From NCBI GenBank assembly GCA_021613535.1, contig CP075492.1, positions 8,432,001-8,496,000 of the forward strand: a stretch of DNA of 64,000 nt, written 5' to 3'. The stretch's first letter is position 1, and each line of letters begins with the position of its first letter. Positions 28,746 to 45,504 of this stretch are shown here, in pieces. The notes under the pieces are model-generated. The model did no database searches. It was not told the origin of the DNA and saw only the letters and a program-made list of their open reading frames with translations. Source of the DNA: Adineta vaga. Its lineage: Eukaryota; Animalia; Rotifera. Both the position numbers and the translations under genes were made by a program.

Positions 28746-30712
28746 ATGGGTCAACGAGTGACTCGTCGACAAGTTGATGAAGGTTTGGAATTGTATGCAA
28801 ACAAGAATTATGATGCGGCAATTAAAAAATGGACTGTTTCATTACAAAAAATGAAAGATAATCGACTTCGATTTTCAACATTAGGTTATTTAGCTGCAGC
28901 ATCACGTGATCGTGGACGAAATAAAGATTATTTGGTCTATGCAGTTCAACAAATTGATATTGCCCATGAAATCGATGATAATAATCTTCGTGCTCAAGCA
29001 TATTTAACATTATCACGTGCAAATGAAATGTTAGCAGATTATTTCAAAGCAGTTAGTTATTCTCGTTCGGCTTTGCAATATTCATCAACAGGAGATTCAA
29101 CACAAGGCTATGCTCTATTAGTTATGGCCGATTCATATATAGGTTTATGTAATTTTTCAAAAGTACTCGAATCTCTTGATAAAGCGTTGAGTATTTCACA
29201 TGAAAAAGAAGATCATCTGATGGAAATTCATGTTTTAAGTACAATGGGAAAAGTTTATCTTGCCTTGAAAGATTTTCCTAAAGCATTATTATATCAACGA
29301 CGAGCACACGAACTTTCTTTATCCTATGCGAATTCTACTGTCGATCAAAATGCTGATCTTAGTTCAAAATTCGTTCGTTTAACAAAATTAAAATTAGCGA
29401 CACCAATGCGATTAATGGGTGATTGTGAAAGTGCAACACGTTCTGTTGACGTAATCAATAATCTAATTATTTCATTAAACTCAAATGAATCATTTGTTTT
29501 CGTTTTCTTCTAGGAAGCTATGCGAGCTGCATCAAGTGTTGGAGATCGACCTGTTCAGGCCAAGTGTCTTGTATGTATTGGTGACATACAACGTTCGCAA
29601 AACAATAATGAGGTAGGTAGGGAGTCATACGTGCAAATAAATACACATAAATACAGAATGATAACGAGCTATCTCCTGGTGTGTATGATACACACGCGCG
29701 CACATATATTGTCATACAATAAACACGTGCTTAGATGATAATGTCTTCTGACTAATATTCTCTTTTTTTATTTCTATATCTCAAGGTCGCATGTAAAAAA
29801 TATGAAGCAGCAATTCCGATGTTACAAGATATGAATGATCGATATAGTTATACACTTGCAATGATTGGTCTTGCTAAAGCTTCTTTAGCATTGAATACAC
29901 AAAAACAAAACGTAAGTATATTTTTTATAGACTAATTATTTTGTTAATTTTTCGATAGTGTCATTATTGTCACCTATAACTCTACATTGGTATTATTCTA
30001 ATGGTAATTTTTATAGAGAGAATATCACAGTTTATCTTGTCTGTCATATAGATACTTTCATGATATTTATTTCATCTATTGTCCTTAACGAAAGATAGAG
30101 GATAAGATCAACTTTAATGATATATTGATTAGACTCTCTAACAAATGAGATAAATATACTTCTTTTTAGACAATGACAGTTAGGCAAAAATGATTGAATA
30201 TCAACTCATTAGTCATACGACCTTGGATTGAATGAGTTTATGATTGCAATAAATAGGTAGATATCGATAAATATTTTTGGAAAATTTAGGTCAATGAAGT
30301 TTTAACAACAGCTTTATCAACAGCTTCAGCTATGGGCAATAAATTGATGCAAGCTCGATGCCATCTTTTGAACGAAAGTATCTTTTTATCAGAAAATCGA
30401 TTAGAAGAAGCACGACACGTTCATGAAACAGCTGAACGTCTTTTTCAAGAAGCTGATCTTATATGTACTGTTTGTCAAAAACCAATGGGTATGCAATCTG
30501 ATCATATTCAAATTTTACCATGTACACATTTTTTTCATCAAAGGTAAACTATTATGAAATTTTTGTTTGTTTCAATAGACTAAATCGAATTTTGTTTGAT
30601 TAGATGTGTAGCAAGTCTATTACAAAAATGGACGCATCAAGCCCAGTCATGTCCAAAATGTCATAAGAATATTTTATTTAATCGAAGTTATGTGGCATTA
30701 GTTTGCTCTTGA
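28746..30712 (+). CDS. RAPSN: Rapsyn (43 kDa acetylcholine receptor-associated protein)
   Basis: MGQ myristoylation start, GLELY..W, TPR repeats, RING-H2 CTVC...LPCTHFFHQRC...CPKC. Confidence 0.92.
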
Positions 30713-30868
30713 TGAACAAAAATCTTTTTATTCTTCATATCATCGTCTGAATGTTTGTGTTTTTAGCAAAAAAAGAGAAAAAATTTTGTAAAAATCTACT
30801 TTTAAGTTAAAAATGACGCTAAGGTTTGATGAGCATATTAATCGTATAATAAACTAATGATCATCTGT

Positions 30869-32059
30869 TCATTTGGAATAGTTATAAAAGCCAGCACCAG
30901 TTTTCTTGCCAAATTTACCTTCTCCAACAATTCTATCTAATAATTCACTTGTTTTGAAAGACGGATCATCGGGATAACGTTTTTTCCAGCCATCAACAAT
31001 ATATTTCGAAGTATCTAAACCAACATAATCGAGTAATTCAATTGGTCCCATTGGATAACCAGCACCTAATTTCATAGCTGTATCGATATCTATTGAAAAA
31101 GAAGAAGATGTCATGTAACTACAATCGAAAAACATCTGTCGACAAACTTACCTTCGGCTGTTGCATCACCACGTTCAATCATACGAACAGCTTCAAGAAG
31201 ATATGGTACTAATAAACGATTGACAATAAAACCCGGCGTATCCTAGATACAAGCGAAAATTGACGGACTAGATTTATAACCCAACAAACCTTGCATGATA
31301 CTGTGGCTTTTCCTAATGCTTTACCAAAAGTTAAGAGTGTTTGAAATGTTTCATCACTCGTTGACGATGTACGAATAACTTCAAGTAATTTCATCACCGG
31401 TCTAAAAAATGCTGCGATAAGAAATCATGTTTTACAATTAATTATGATGATTTACACTGGATTAAAGAAGTGAAGACCACCAAATTTATCTTGTCGTTTA
31501 ACATCACGAGCAATTTCTGTAATTGGTAATGATGATGTATTACTTGTTAAAATCGTATGTCTAAAATAAACAATGTTTAAAATAGAATGACATTTTTTGA
31601 AACAAACTTCGGTGCCACTTGATCAATTTGTTGAAATAATTTTTGTTTAACTTCAAGATTTTCTACAATTGCTTCAATGACAACATCTGTCGCTTTGACT
31701 GCTTCATTTATATTTGTAGTTGTTTGAATACGACCTTTGACATCAGCTAGATACTTTTCACCAGCTTGCTGATCTTTATCAAATTTTTTCTTGATCACAC
31801 GTTTCAAGCTAGTTTGAATAATATTTAAACTTTTATCAAGAAATTCTTGTTTTTGATCAACAAGAATCACTTTATGATTTGTTTCAGCAGCAACCTAGAT
31901 TCAATTTTCAATCATGAGAAAAAAAGATCAATTCTATTGCAATAGAAAACTTGCTTGAGCAATACCGGAACCCATTAAACCGCCTCCGATTACAGTTACA
32001 GTTTTAATAGTTCGTCCAAGTGTACTACTTGCTTTACTAGCAATTGTTGAAGCAGCCAT
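30869..32059 (-). CDS. HADH: Short-chain 3-hydroxyacyl-CoA dehydrogenase
   Basis: [51 protein letters not shown]. Confidence 0.95.
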
Positions 32060-32209
32060 CTGAAAAGAGAATAGGTCATGTATATTTTGTTTTGACCAAT
32101 ACTCTTAAAACGAGTTATTTTCATGGTTTTTTTTGCGTAAGAAAAACAAAACAATATAATTTTACATCGAATAAGATATGAACAAATAAAAATACATGTT
32201 AAGAAATAA

Positions 32210-35200
32210 TCACTGTATAAGAGGTGTATTTGGTGTTCGCATTCGTATTGTAGCTGGTTGGAGACAATGCATGCATCTTCGAAGATGTTCAGGATCTAAT
32301 CGAGCAAAACATTCTCCACATATGGGGAAATGTTGACATGGATTATATTCATGTGTCGCAGTATTTACTGTACAAATAAGACAAGCATTATTGGTCGTTT
32401 CAGATTGTGTTATATTTCGACTGGATGAACGAGAAGAATAGGAATTAATTCGATTTACTGGTGGCCGTTCACTTTTACGTTTAGTTGCACCTATAAAATA
32501 TGTTGATTATAGATAAAAATTTTATTCAATATAAAAGAAATAACTAACCACTTCTATCGAAGACAATACGTTTAATCTTTTGTTTACCATCCATTTCATA
32601 CTTGAGTCGTCCTTGTGGAACTAAAAACAGCATGATGACATATTCGATTTCGTAATCAAAATGTATATTTAACATACTTCTTCCACATTCTAGAATAATT
32701 CGATTGATATAATCAAGACCTCGTACTTTTTGGATAAAATCACAAAGAGGATAAAATGTTGCATGTTCCTCAAATGGACAATCACTAAATTCAATAAAAC
32801 AAAAACATGTAACTATTTCGAGAAATAGAATGGTAATGAAATACCGTGGTTCAAAACTTTGTAATTTATTTCCACAATAATAACAACAGACACTTCCTCC
32901 ACCCATATTGAAAAATCCTGCTTCAGCCATCAATTGATTTGAAAGACGACTACCACTTGGATAGATCCAATCGGATGCAAATGATTGAATACGTTTTTCA
33001 ATATTCGAATATGATGGATATTCAGGATGAAGCATTTGACTTTCCAACTGTAAGAAATCAATAAATGAAATGTCATATTTTACATAGAAAAAAAGAAAAG
33101 GTATGTTATCATACCATAGTCACATTGGGATAAAGTCCACCTGCTTCTCGTCGAACCCATGTACACCAGCAATGATTTTCATCCATTAATAGTCCATTTG
33201 CATGTCGATGTACACGCATCGGTGTCCATGGTTCATCGCCTAATGTTGAACGTGTGACACTAGGTCGTGTACGCATAATATCTTCAAATTGTAATGCAGT
33301 TAAACGTACTTCACACCAGGGACATTGTATGTACGTAGCTTCAGCATTCAGGAAAAATCCGACGTAGGCAAGATGTGCTACATCAACGTTAGCAAATGTT
33401 TTAAGATTTTGTTTTTTAAATGTATCCAAACGATTGGATTCATGAGCGAGTAGTGAACGAACATCTACAGGTGAAGAAATCGCTGGAGAATTTCCAATTA
33501 TTGGGGACATGTCATGTGAACCAGTGTCAGAAGAAATACTATCTGCGGCATGTTCACGTCCTTGTTGCTGCAATACTAACTGTTTAAATGGATTTATTTG
33601 ACTTGCCATCATTGGAGATGTCAATTGACTATAGGCATTAGTAGATACTGGATCTGAACAAGTTTGTGCATTTTCTGTTGTCGATGATTCATGCGATAGT
33701 ACAGGTGGAGGTGGAGAACGTATAGATAGATTACTAGTAATTATTGCTGTTGGAGGTCGAGCAACAGTTTGAAAACCTTCTTCATCTGATGACTCATCGG
33801 AACGATCAGACAGAAAGGGTTCATTAAATATATTTAAAGATGATGGAGATAGAATATCTGTAACAGCTGGTGTTGTTAAGATAGATGAGAAAGAACTCAT
33901 CGTCGTTTGAGTAGATGTTGATGATGATTGCACATCATACGATGCTTGAGTTTGAGGATCTTCTAGGAAAAAACATGGAACTCTGTCACTCTACATCTGA
34001 TAAAAAAGTAAAATAATCTTTACTTGACTGATATCGATCATGAAGAACTTGAGCAATATATTTAACACCTAAGATTTCTTTAATCCATTCACATGTTGGA
34101 TAGAAATGTGCATGTAATTGTGCCATATTATATTGCGGATATTTTTCTTGTCGTGCTTTATCACTGACTGGCAATGAATTTCCACATTGAAAGCATCGCT
34201 TACGTTTTTGTTCTATAGAAAAGAAAATAATTTAAAAATTAACAAGATAATGTAACTATTTTTACCATCTAGAAAGAATCCTGCTTCAGCCATTTCACGG
34301 ATTGAACCATCACCAATCTTATATCGTCTTTGATAGTTTTCAAATGTTTTTATTCGATCAAAAATTGATTGATGCAATGGATATTCAGGAAAACGCTCTC
34401 GATGTGAAATAACAATATTCGCTGGACATTGTGCACGAACAATAAGACAGTCGACGGTGGGTATTGATTGTTGATCATTACCCATAACTGTTGGTGTTTT
34501 TCTAACTGACTGTTTGGTTAAATGACGATGTTGTGACATAATTGACGAACCTAATTTTGGCTCAATAGTTACACCACAATATGCACAACGAATAATTTTC
34601 GTATTTTTATAACGATAAAAACCGCACGCAGCTAATTCTCGACAAAGACGTTGATCAATTTCGGATTGTTTAGTATCATTCGTATTCGAATCCACAAATG
34701 ATAAACCGAGAAGTGTTTCTAAGCGCCATTTTTCATTCACCGTTTGTATATCACCCGTTTTCGTACAATCTATTGCTCGAACTAGTTGACAATCATTTTT
34801 ACGTTTACGATGAGTACCCAATGCTGTCATACCATGACGCCAATCATCGACTTCTAAATCACACATAAAACATTTAACACGTAATTCATCGCCCAGATAA
34901 TAAAATCCAGTATCAGCTAAAGCTTGAGCTGATATTGGAGCATAGCGTGGCCAATTTTCAAATGTTGCTAAACATTCATCAATGTTTCGAGGCTTTTTAT
35001 CCGTATTTTTCGGATCACTAAATGCTTGTGATGTCATGGGATTACGATCACGACGTTCTAAACAATAAGTATTATCTTCGACGAACTTATCAATATCATT
35101 GTGTAATTACCTTGTGTTGATACAGTATGAAAATACCCAGCATTAGCAACAAATTTCCCACCTGCAGTATAAGTTACAAAACGACAAGGAAAGAAGCGTG

Positions 35201-35935
35201 CATGTTCGAGTTGGACAATATTTTCATTCGTAGAACAGATTGCTTCTGACCAATCAACTAATGTATTTCCACAATAGAAACAAGTGACACCATCTTTAGG
35301 ACCTAAAACATTTCAATATGCAAGTTCTTTCTTTTTGTTTTGTTTTCCTTATCTTCAATAAATAAGAACCTGAGAAAAAGAATCCATGTTTTGCCATTGT
35401 TTGTGATGTGACATGTGTATTCTGTGCTGCATTATTTCTATGAGATTGCAAAGCTGGCCAAGATTCAAATGATTGTAAACGTGACGCATATTGACTGAAT
35501 TCAGGTTCTTCAGCGTCATCCCATTGTGGCTGTTGTTGAGATGATAATGGTGTATGAAGATCATCGATATTGGTTCCTGCTTCACATAATAGAAACGAAC
35601 AACGTTTGCCAAGATATGAAACTTTTTTTCGATGTAGCTTTCGAAATTCATTTGGTGCATATTCAGAATTTGTATCGATTGATTCCAGATGGATTTCGAT
35701 ACCACACTGTGGACATACACATTCTGATTGTCGATAAATAAAACCAGCAAGTGCTAAATAACGACGAGTTTCAGACGGAAAATGTGTCAAACTAAAAATG
35801 TGAAAGAGAATAAGTCATGAATATCTTCAGATATTCTGTATGAAATACGCACCTATCGAATGTTTGAAGTCGGTACTGCTCTGACGCGACAAGATGATCA
35901 GTTTCCGATGCATCTAATACAGTTGTCGTTGTCAT
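32210..35935 (-). CDS. Inhibitor of apoptosis protein with seven BIR/BIR-like repeats and a C-terminal RING
   Basis: Seven repeats of the R..TF/SF...A.aGF...CxxC...H...C pattern across 35900-32720. Final exon CLIC...NPCQHFPICGEC...CMHC. Confidence 0.88.
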
Positions 35936-36531
35936 TGTTAGCAAACTTCACATATTTTCTAACAATGATCAATTTGTCAAAAAAAAATCTAGAATAAGAA
36001 AATTGATGTTCTTGAAAACGAAAAAGAAAAACAAGTGTCTGAGTATATGTTAATCACAGTAGCTGTTTCTTTTCTTTTCTTTTCTATGTTTTTTTTTGCG
36101 TTCTTTAGATAGAACGTGATAAATACACCATAAGGTTATATTTTCTTTCTGACTAATATTTTCTATATCATTTTAATATAGATATGATATCATTCATTCT
36201 TTTGTGTTTTTTTATTAGTAAACTAATCTAGAAGCACTATTTGTCATTTAATCTATTGATACTTACTCAAAATAAATACTTCGATTTTGTTTTTCGATTG
36301 ATATCTTCGAAATGGGAGAATGCCTTTATCCCTATTGATAATGGTATGTCTTCGATACATATATGTATTCGACAAACATTCAACATTCCGACACGTGATG
36401 TATCATTAAAAAAACAGAATGAAACAATATAAAGATACCGGCGTTCTTTTCCCATGTATTAGAAAAACAAAGTTCGAATAGCAATAAATTCGAAACAACA
36501 ACAAAAAAACGAAGAAAAAAGAAAAGAAAAT

Positions 36532-39500
36532 TTATCGTTTGCTTTTCTTTGTTGGTGGTGTATATTTCGATCTAGAAGATTCGAAAAAATGTTTTCTTTA
36601 CTCATCATTATTCATTTATTCTTACTTTCGTTGTGGTTTATCACTTGTTAAATCTGTTTGGAAGGAAGATGTATCTCGTGATCGTTTCAATGAATCTATA
36701 TCAATCGCAATCAAATAAAAGATTTATATCTTATCGAATTTCTTCTCACCTTTTCCTTGACGAGATTGAAATTGTGCTACTTTTTGCATTTCAAATTTCA
36801 CTCGATCATCAGCCTAGATAACGAAAATATTCGCTTTCATTTCGACATTCAATTGACGAGAAAAAGACTTCATACTGATTTTGGATTGGCTTTTGTTTTT
36901 TGAATTTGTTCACGTTCTTCTTTGGATAGTTTCTTTTTCTTGCCATTGTAAGAATCAAGACGTAATTTATCTTGTTCTACCATGCGTTCTTTTCGACTTT
37001 GAAACCATTCACGTGTCTGATCAGATGTTGTACTTTTACCTTGTTTTAATTGTTGTTCAGCTCTATCAATCTGAGAAGAAATGTAAGTTATAAATTAAAA
37101 TGATGTTTGCTTTACTTTTGTTTCACAAGATTTTATCATTTTTTCACCATATTCTATTTTGAGAATTTCTTCAATATCTGGCTCAAGTTCTTCAAGCTTA
37201 TTACGAAACATTTGAACAATTTCTTTGAAGAGAAAATAAGTAATTTTCTTCAGAGAAAACAAAAAGAATTGTTAATGTTAGTTACCTTGAGGAATAATTC
37301 GCATTTTAGCTGGAACTTTACATGTTTTTAAAATATCTTTTAACAAATGTCGTTCATTTTCACCCACAAGTGAAATTGATCGTCCTGGAATAAGCAGAAT
37401 TTTTACTTTCGTCTTGATCTTTAATATTCATTTACCTGTTTTTCCAGCACGAGCCGTTCGACCAACTCGATGAATGTAATGTTTAAGTGTATTTGGTAAA
37501 ATAAAATTAATTACCTTGAAAACAAAATTTTTCAATAAATAATCGAAAAAGAAGATCTTTCATCAAAACTGTACCGTTTTCACATTGTCAATATCCAAAC
37601 CACGTGCTGCCAAATCGGTGGCAAGTAAAATATCGATTTCTTCATTTTTAAATCTTTTCAATGTATCCAATCGCTATAAAATATCAACAACGAATATATT
37701 TTCTGACTAATAAGAAAAATAAAGAATTGTGTTTTACTTGAGTTTGAGAAAGATCACCATGTAATTCTCCAATTTTTAATCCAAGTAAACCGAGCATTAC
37801 ATGCATACGATGACATTGTCGTTTTGTTTGTGCAAATACGATAACATGATCATGAAATGTTCGTGTTAATAGAGCAGCAATAATTGCTTCTCGATCACCT
37901 TCACGATGTTCACGAACACGAATGAATTCTTGACGAAGATACGGCGCAACAGAGTGATTATCATCAATGAACAAACGAATTGGACGATTGAGAGAAACTT
38001 GAATAAGATCTTTAATCTAGTTTAATAACAAATGAGTAGAGAATAATAAAAACGTTTGTGTAAAGAAGAAAATAGTACTTGATCAGTCATTGTAGCTGAG
38101 AAAAGCATTGTTTGACGTGTACGTGAACAATTAGTAATAACTTCTTTCATTTGTTCAAAATAATATTCGTCTAACATGCTAAAGAAAAAGGCAAGAAGAA
38201 TGTTATGAAAACAAATCTATTTGAATAAAATTAATTTGAGTACCGATCAGCTTCATCAAGAACTAATATTTCAATATTTTGTAATGTAAATGATGGTGAA
38301 TTATGGATATGATCAATTAAACGACCTGGTGTAGCAATAACAATATCAGGTTGTAAACGTAATGATGCTTCCTGAGATTTCAAATCCAAACCACCTAGAA
38401 TCATTTCAAAACAAACGTCCAATCTGTTCATAATAAACAAGTCAAAAGAAAATCACCTGTCGAAAGACAACAAGTAATATTATGCGCAAATTGTGTTAAT
38501 TGACGGAAGACTTGATGAATTTGAACACATAATTCTCGTGTTGGTGCTAGAACGAGTACACGTGTACAGGGTGCTGTTTGATGAGGTTTATAAAGCAATC
38601 GTTCAAGTATTGGCAATGAAAATGCAATAGTTTTTCCTGAAAAGAAAACAATAGATATAAGATCAACTGAGTTTCTATATTCAAAATAGAAGGAAAAATC
38701 AATTACCAGATCCTGTAACAGCGGAAGCACAAAGATCACGACCAAGAAGAGCGATGGGAACAGTAGCTGCTTGAATAGGTGTCGGTGAATGTAAACCCAT
38801 AGCAGAAAGTGCCTAGAAAAATAGAAAAGAATAAAGATAACATTTTTGAATGTTGATTTACTTTAAGTAATGGTCGAGAAATTTTCATATCAGAAAAAAC
38901 TTGATCAGGATTGAATGGTGGTGATTCTTCGAAGAATTCATCTTTCTAAAACACGAAAATTTCATCAAATGACAACTTTAATCAAAAGAAGACAACTAGT
39001 TTTACTTGTTTATTCTTTCCTGATTTCTTCTTTTTTGCTTCTTTTATTTTCATTTTATCAGCAGCTGATTCTTGTTCCATTTCCATTTCATAAGATTCAT
39101 CTTCAAGATTATCTGTTGATGGTTTTTCTTCTACAACTTCTGATTTTTTTTTCTAAATTCAAATGAAATCTTCCGAAAAACAATCTTCTCAGTAAATAAA
39201 CTTACTGTTTTTCGTCGATTTCGAACTTCTGCAATCTTCGCATCAATCGTTGATAATTGCCCTCTTGCCTTCAATTCATCAATATCATTATAATCTTTTA
39301 CTTTCAACATTCTCCTCTCGTCTGGTTCATCCTGAAAAAACAAAACTATTCGTATAAAAATCAAAATACTTTTGTCTTACCAGAAGAAATTGAAATTGTT
39401 CATTAAAATCCATTGATTTGCCTTTTGTAGCTTGTGCTAATTTATGAGCACGTGGTTTTTCTGTTAATTCTTCATCGTCATCTTCATCCGGTCCATCAAG

Positions 39501-39569
39501 ATCCGGAACATCATTATCATCCGCAATAGTTGGAATCAAAGCAAGTGGATCATCATTTCGACCAGACAT
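36532..39569 (-). CDS. DDX27: DEAD-box RNA helicase DDX27/Drs1
   Basis: [68 protein letters not shown]. Confidence 0.93.
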
Positions 39570-40006
39570 TCTTATAAATCTACAAACAAAATATCGATAT
39601 TCAGACTATAATTTACATTCTTTGTTTTTAATCGATTGAAACATTGAATAGTATTTATCTTGAATATATCTATATATATATACATATTATTTTTCTTTTA
39701 TCTTACATATATATATATATATGTAAATCAAACCACAGTTCGAATATACTCACAAAAGAAAATGAAACAGAAAGAAATGAATTGAGATGTACAACATATA
39801 TAATAGAAAAAAAAGAAAAGCAACTGAACTTCTTTGAAACAACAATGATACATTTCACAATACTATGAATAATTGACTATAAATGAGGAGAAAAAGAAAG
39901 AATAAACGAAGGTTTTGAAATGATAAAATTAACAACCACCTGTGTTGAATAAGAATAGACGAAGGAAAAGAAAACAAGCGAAAAACAATCACCGTAATAT
40001 TTATTA

Positions 40007-41786
<1,780 letters not shown>

Positions 41787-42131
41787 TTTAATCATGTCAA
41801 TAAATTAATATCCAGGTTTGAAAGTTTTGATAAGTATATATTGATAATAACAACTCTGAAACAAGCACAAATTGTCTTTTGTCGAAAAGCGAAAAAAGAA
41901 CAAGGTATAATGAAAAGAACGGAAAAAAGAAAACAACAAACACCTGGATTACCTAGTAAATGACGTCTAATGATCTTAAGTTAAACTATCAATCTCAGCT
42001 CATTTTCTTCTTTTCATTGACTTTGAATTGAATCAAGAAATTCAATGATGTCGTATTACATATAGACAAACAAAAAAAGAAAAAAGAAAAGGAAGAAAGA
42101 GGAAACTCTACTTTTGTCATGTCGATTATGC

Positions 42132-42150
42132 TGACGTCAAAATGACGTCA
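42132..42150. promoter_or_regulatory. Tandem CRE (TGACGTCA x2) upstream of ERK
   Basis: TGACGTCA-aaa-TGACGTCA about 350 bp 5' of the ERK ATG. Confidence 0.55.
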
Positions 42151-44811
42151 ATACCTTCGTTTAATAAAGAGAAGAAAACTAAATTAACTTTAATAATATG
42201 ATGTGTGTCTATCGATAAGATTTCGACAAGAGTTAGTTTAAAGAATTTTGACAGATCGTCAATATTTGATTTGCTTTATTAGTGATTAGTACTGATTATT
42301 TCCTGCTTATATATATATATATATGTATATATTTTTTTTAACAAACGATTGAATGGCATACAAGTACGTATATATCCTATATAGTACACTGACAGTTTTC
42401 ATCCAGGGATTGATTTATAGATAGAATATCTCAAATGAAAATAAAATGTCATTGTTGACATATCTTTTCCATTAATCTAATGTTTGTCTTAAATGAAATC
42501 GACATCACAGATGGTAGTTTTCAATGAATAATATGTCACGACGCATAACTCATGTTCTCAATAAGAATTCTAACACATGAATAGAAAATATATTGAAAAC
42601 GAGAAAGAAAAAGAGATCTATCACTTCGTACTGAACATCATCACCTTCGAACCATTTTCTGCATTGAACAAGAGTGACGTCTTTGTTCTTTTATATGACA
42701 TACACATATACACATGAAGGAATAAAAAGAGTACCAATTAAGTAACTCTTTTTCTCTCATTCCTCCTCTTTTCGCTATCATTTGTTCGGTCGCTCGTTTT
42801 TCTTTATTCTCTCTCTCTCTCTCTCTCTGTCTCTTTTTTTTTTCAACGACAAATAGTTTTTTTTCGCTGACACATGCACATTACGATTTCTTTTGCTTTT
42901 TATACTATAACTATTGTAAATACTTCCTAATCTAGAAAACAACTTTTGTATCACAGCTGCGAATAATAAGAAAAAATAGGAGAAGAAAAAGGTATATTGT
43001 TATGGTTTTTATCTGAACATACAAATAAGATAATGTCTCGATATCAAGACAATAACGCTAAATATAGTTGATTTATATTATAGGCATATAAAACTAATAA
43101 ACACGGAAAGTATATCCAGCACCGGTCGAAGACAATAACAAAGTATAGAACGAAAGAGAACAAAACAAATTTAAGGACATTATGATATCCAGGCATCGTC
43201 TATTTATCAATGTGAGAACGAAAAAAGAATGACAATATTAGAATAATCTAGGTAACTATTACAATATACTCATACATATCTAGGACTTACTTCTATCAAG
43301 CAAAAATAGTCTCCTTCATTAGTCATTCATTCATCGTTTAGATCTTTGATTGATCTTCGATAAGAAGAAAAAAACGAAAAGGAAACTACTATTTCCTACC
43401 AAAATACTCTTGTAATTATCGCTAGAGTAAAGATATGTCATCTGGTATATATATATATATATATATTCTATTTACAAAACACATCAATCAGATTATATGG
43501 TAAACTGAAATTGCGATTGTACGTTCTTTGTCTGTCTCTCTGATATGTCACACTCTCACCAGCCGTTTTCTACTAATCATATGATTCGTATATGGATGGA
43601 ATATTTGTCAGTCTTATGAGAAGAATTCTTTCGTTCTGAGATGATAAAATTCAATTATGCAATATAGAAAGAAAAATAAACAGAATGATGATGGTGCTTT
43701 AATAGAAGTAGAAGAGATACTTCCATATACTTCGTTTCATTCTCGTGAAAAAAGAACCGAGTGCTTGGAATTATCTATTGATGAAATCCATTAAAGACTA
43801 TTTGCCTTATCATACAGATATGTTAATTCTTTCTAATTAACTGTTCTTTATGTCGTACGAAGTAGTAGGAATTCTTCTTAAACTTTCTCGTTAACACTAA
43901 ACTGTTTGTATACAAAATAGACCGACATAAGTTGTTGTTCTTCTATAGATCTTTTAAGCTTCTTTATACGTAGAACTATTTATTAAGGGACATGGAATAT
44001 GTCACACTAGAATTTACAGGCAAAAAAACGACATCATTATCTAAGAATCTTTAGAAGCTCAATTTTTGACACTAAATACAATCTAATCTTCAGTCCATAT
44101 ATAATTACCTATAGTTTTCAATGAATGAAAGAGAAAAAAATTCATATGCTAGATTCTAATCACTCGTATACTCAGATGTCGGTTGCTGCACATCTTATTT
44201 AGAAATTTTAGTTTTTTCCTATGAATTCGAAATGAATGTATTTGTCTGCTGAAAAAAACACTATATTCTTTACAAATAATTTGATATTCTTATAACGTTA
44301 TACAACTAAAACATTTCTGTTCACAGCTAGATTGAAACTTACATTCTAATAAAATTTAATGGAAAATTTTTTTTATACTAATGAAGAATGCATTGTTCGA
44401 TGAAATGTAGAGTAGAATAAAATATTGAATTGATTTTTTTTTTCAAACTAAAATAAATTACGAAAGATCATTAATCGTTTATTTTAATCTAAATACCTAA
44501 AACATTTTTGCTAATGTTTGAATCAAACAACAATCATGTAGAAATTGTTTTACGTAATAGTGCCAGTTGAATTATTAATTTAACAGTGTCTGTCCATAAA
44601 AAAAAGAAGATGGACATGGACGAGGACGAGGACGATGACGATCGATAGTGCTACTACACAATTCTATTTGTCAGTTTGTGACGACCAATGAAATGCTGAA
44701 GGATATTTTACTAAGCGAAGAGTATTATAGATGTCCGAAGCGTAAGTCATTTCATGTTTGAATGAAGAAAGAAATACAGAATATGCTTTTCGAAATTAGA
44801 TCTTTTTATTA

Positions 44812-45231
44812 TGAGGGTGTGGGTGTTTGCCAGCAGAACCTATGTGCGTCCTTAAAAAGTTGAGTGTTTGTGCTATTTGCATAAATTAGTAATAACCCAT
44901 GATCAGTTACAAGCACCTCTTCTGATGAAGTTTATTCAATGGTATATGTTTTGGTTTCTACAATGCACAGGGAAATCTGGACAATTTTCTACAGAACTTC
45001 AATATGTCATGAATCAATGTAGCAGTAGTCCATTTCAATTATTCAAACCATTACCAGTCTTAATCGTTTTTTGTGTTTCATTAATGAATTATCTCGGTTT
45101 ATATGAGAAAATATTTTTTTATACTAGAACTTTCGCAATTTGATACTATATTTCTAACAAGTAACGCTCGCCATCTCGAGGGTGAGAGTGCAGTTGCGCG
45201 TGAAGAAGATATATCCTCACCCACACCCTCA
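44812..45231. mobile_element. Putative MITE with TGAGGGTGTGGGTG terminal inverted repeats
   Basis: TGAGGGTGTGGGTG at ~44812 and CACCCACACCCTCA at ~45218-45231; TA precedes the left end. Confidence 0.5.
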
Positions 45232-45504
45232 GATTGTCGCTAATTATCATACATTTTAGTGTTAGAACTAATGACATTTGTACAGAAGTATGTGCGTTGT
45301 TTCTTCCTGAAACAAAATGAATTCATTTATGAAATAATTGTGATATCTGTGGAATATAGGAAATATAGGACAACTTTGAAGTCTATATTCCATACATAAG
45401 TTTCAGTACTGCTCATTGAAATCGCGATTGTGCTAGCTTCTACTCACCGTCACGCCGAAACACACATGGGAACATCTCGTCCACTGAGGGTATCATGGGA
45501 ACAC

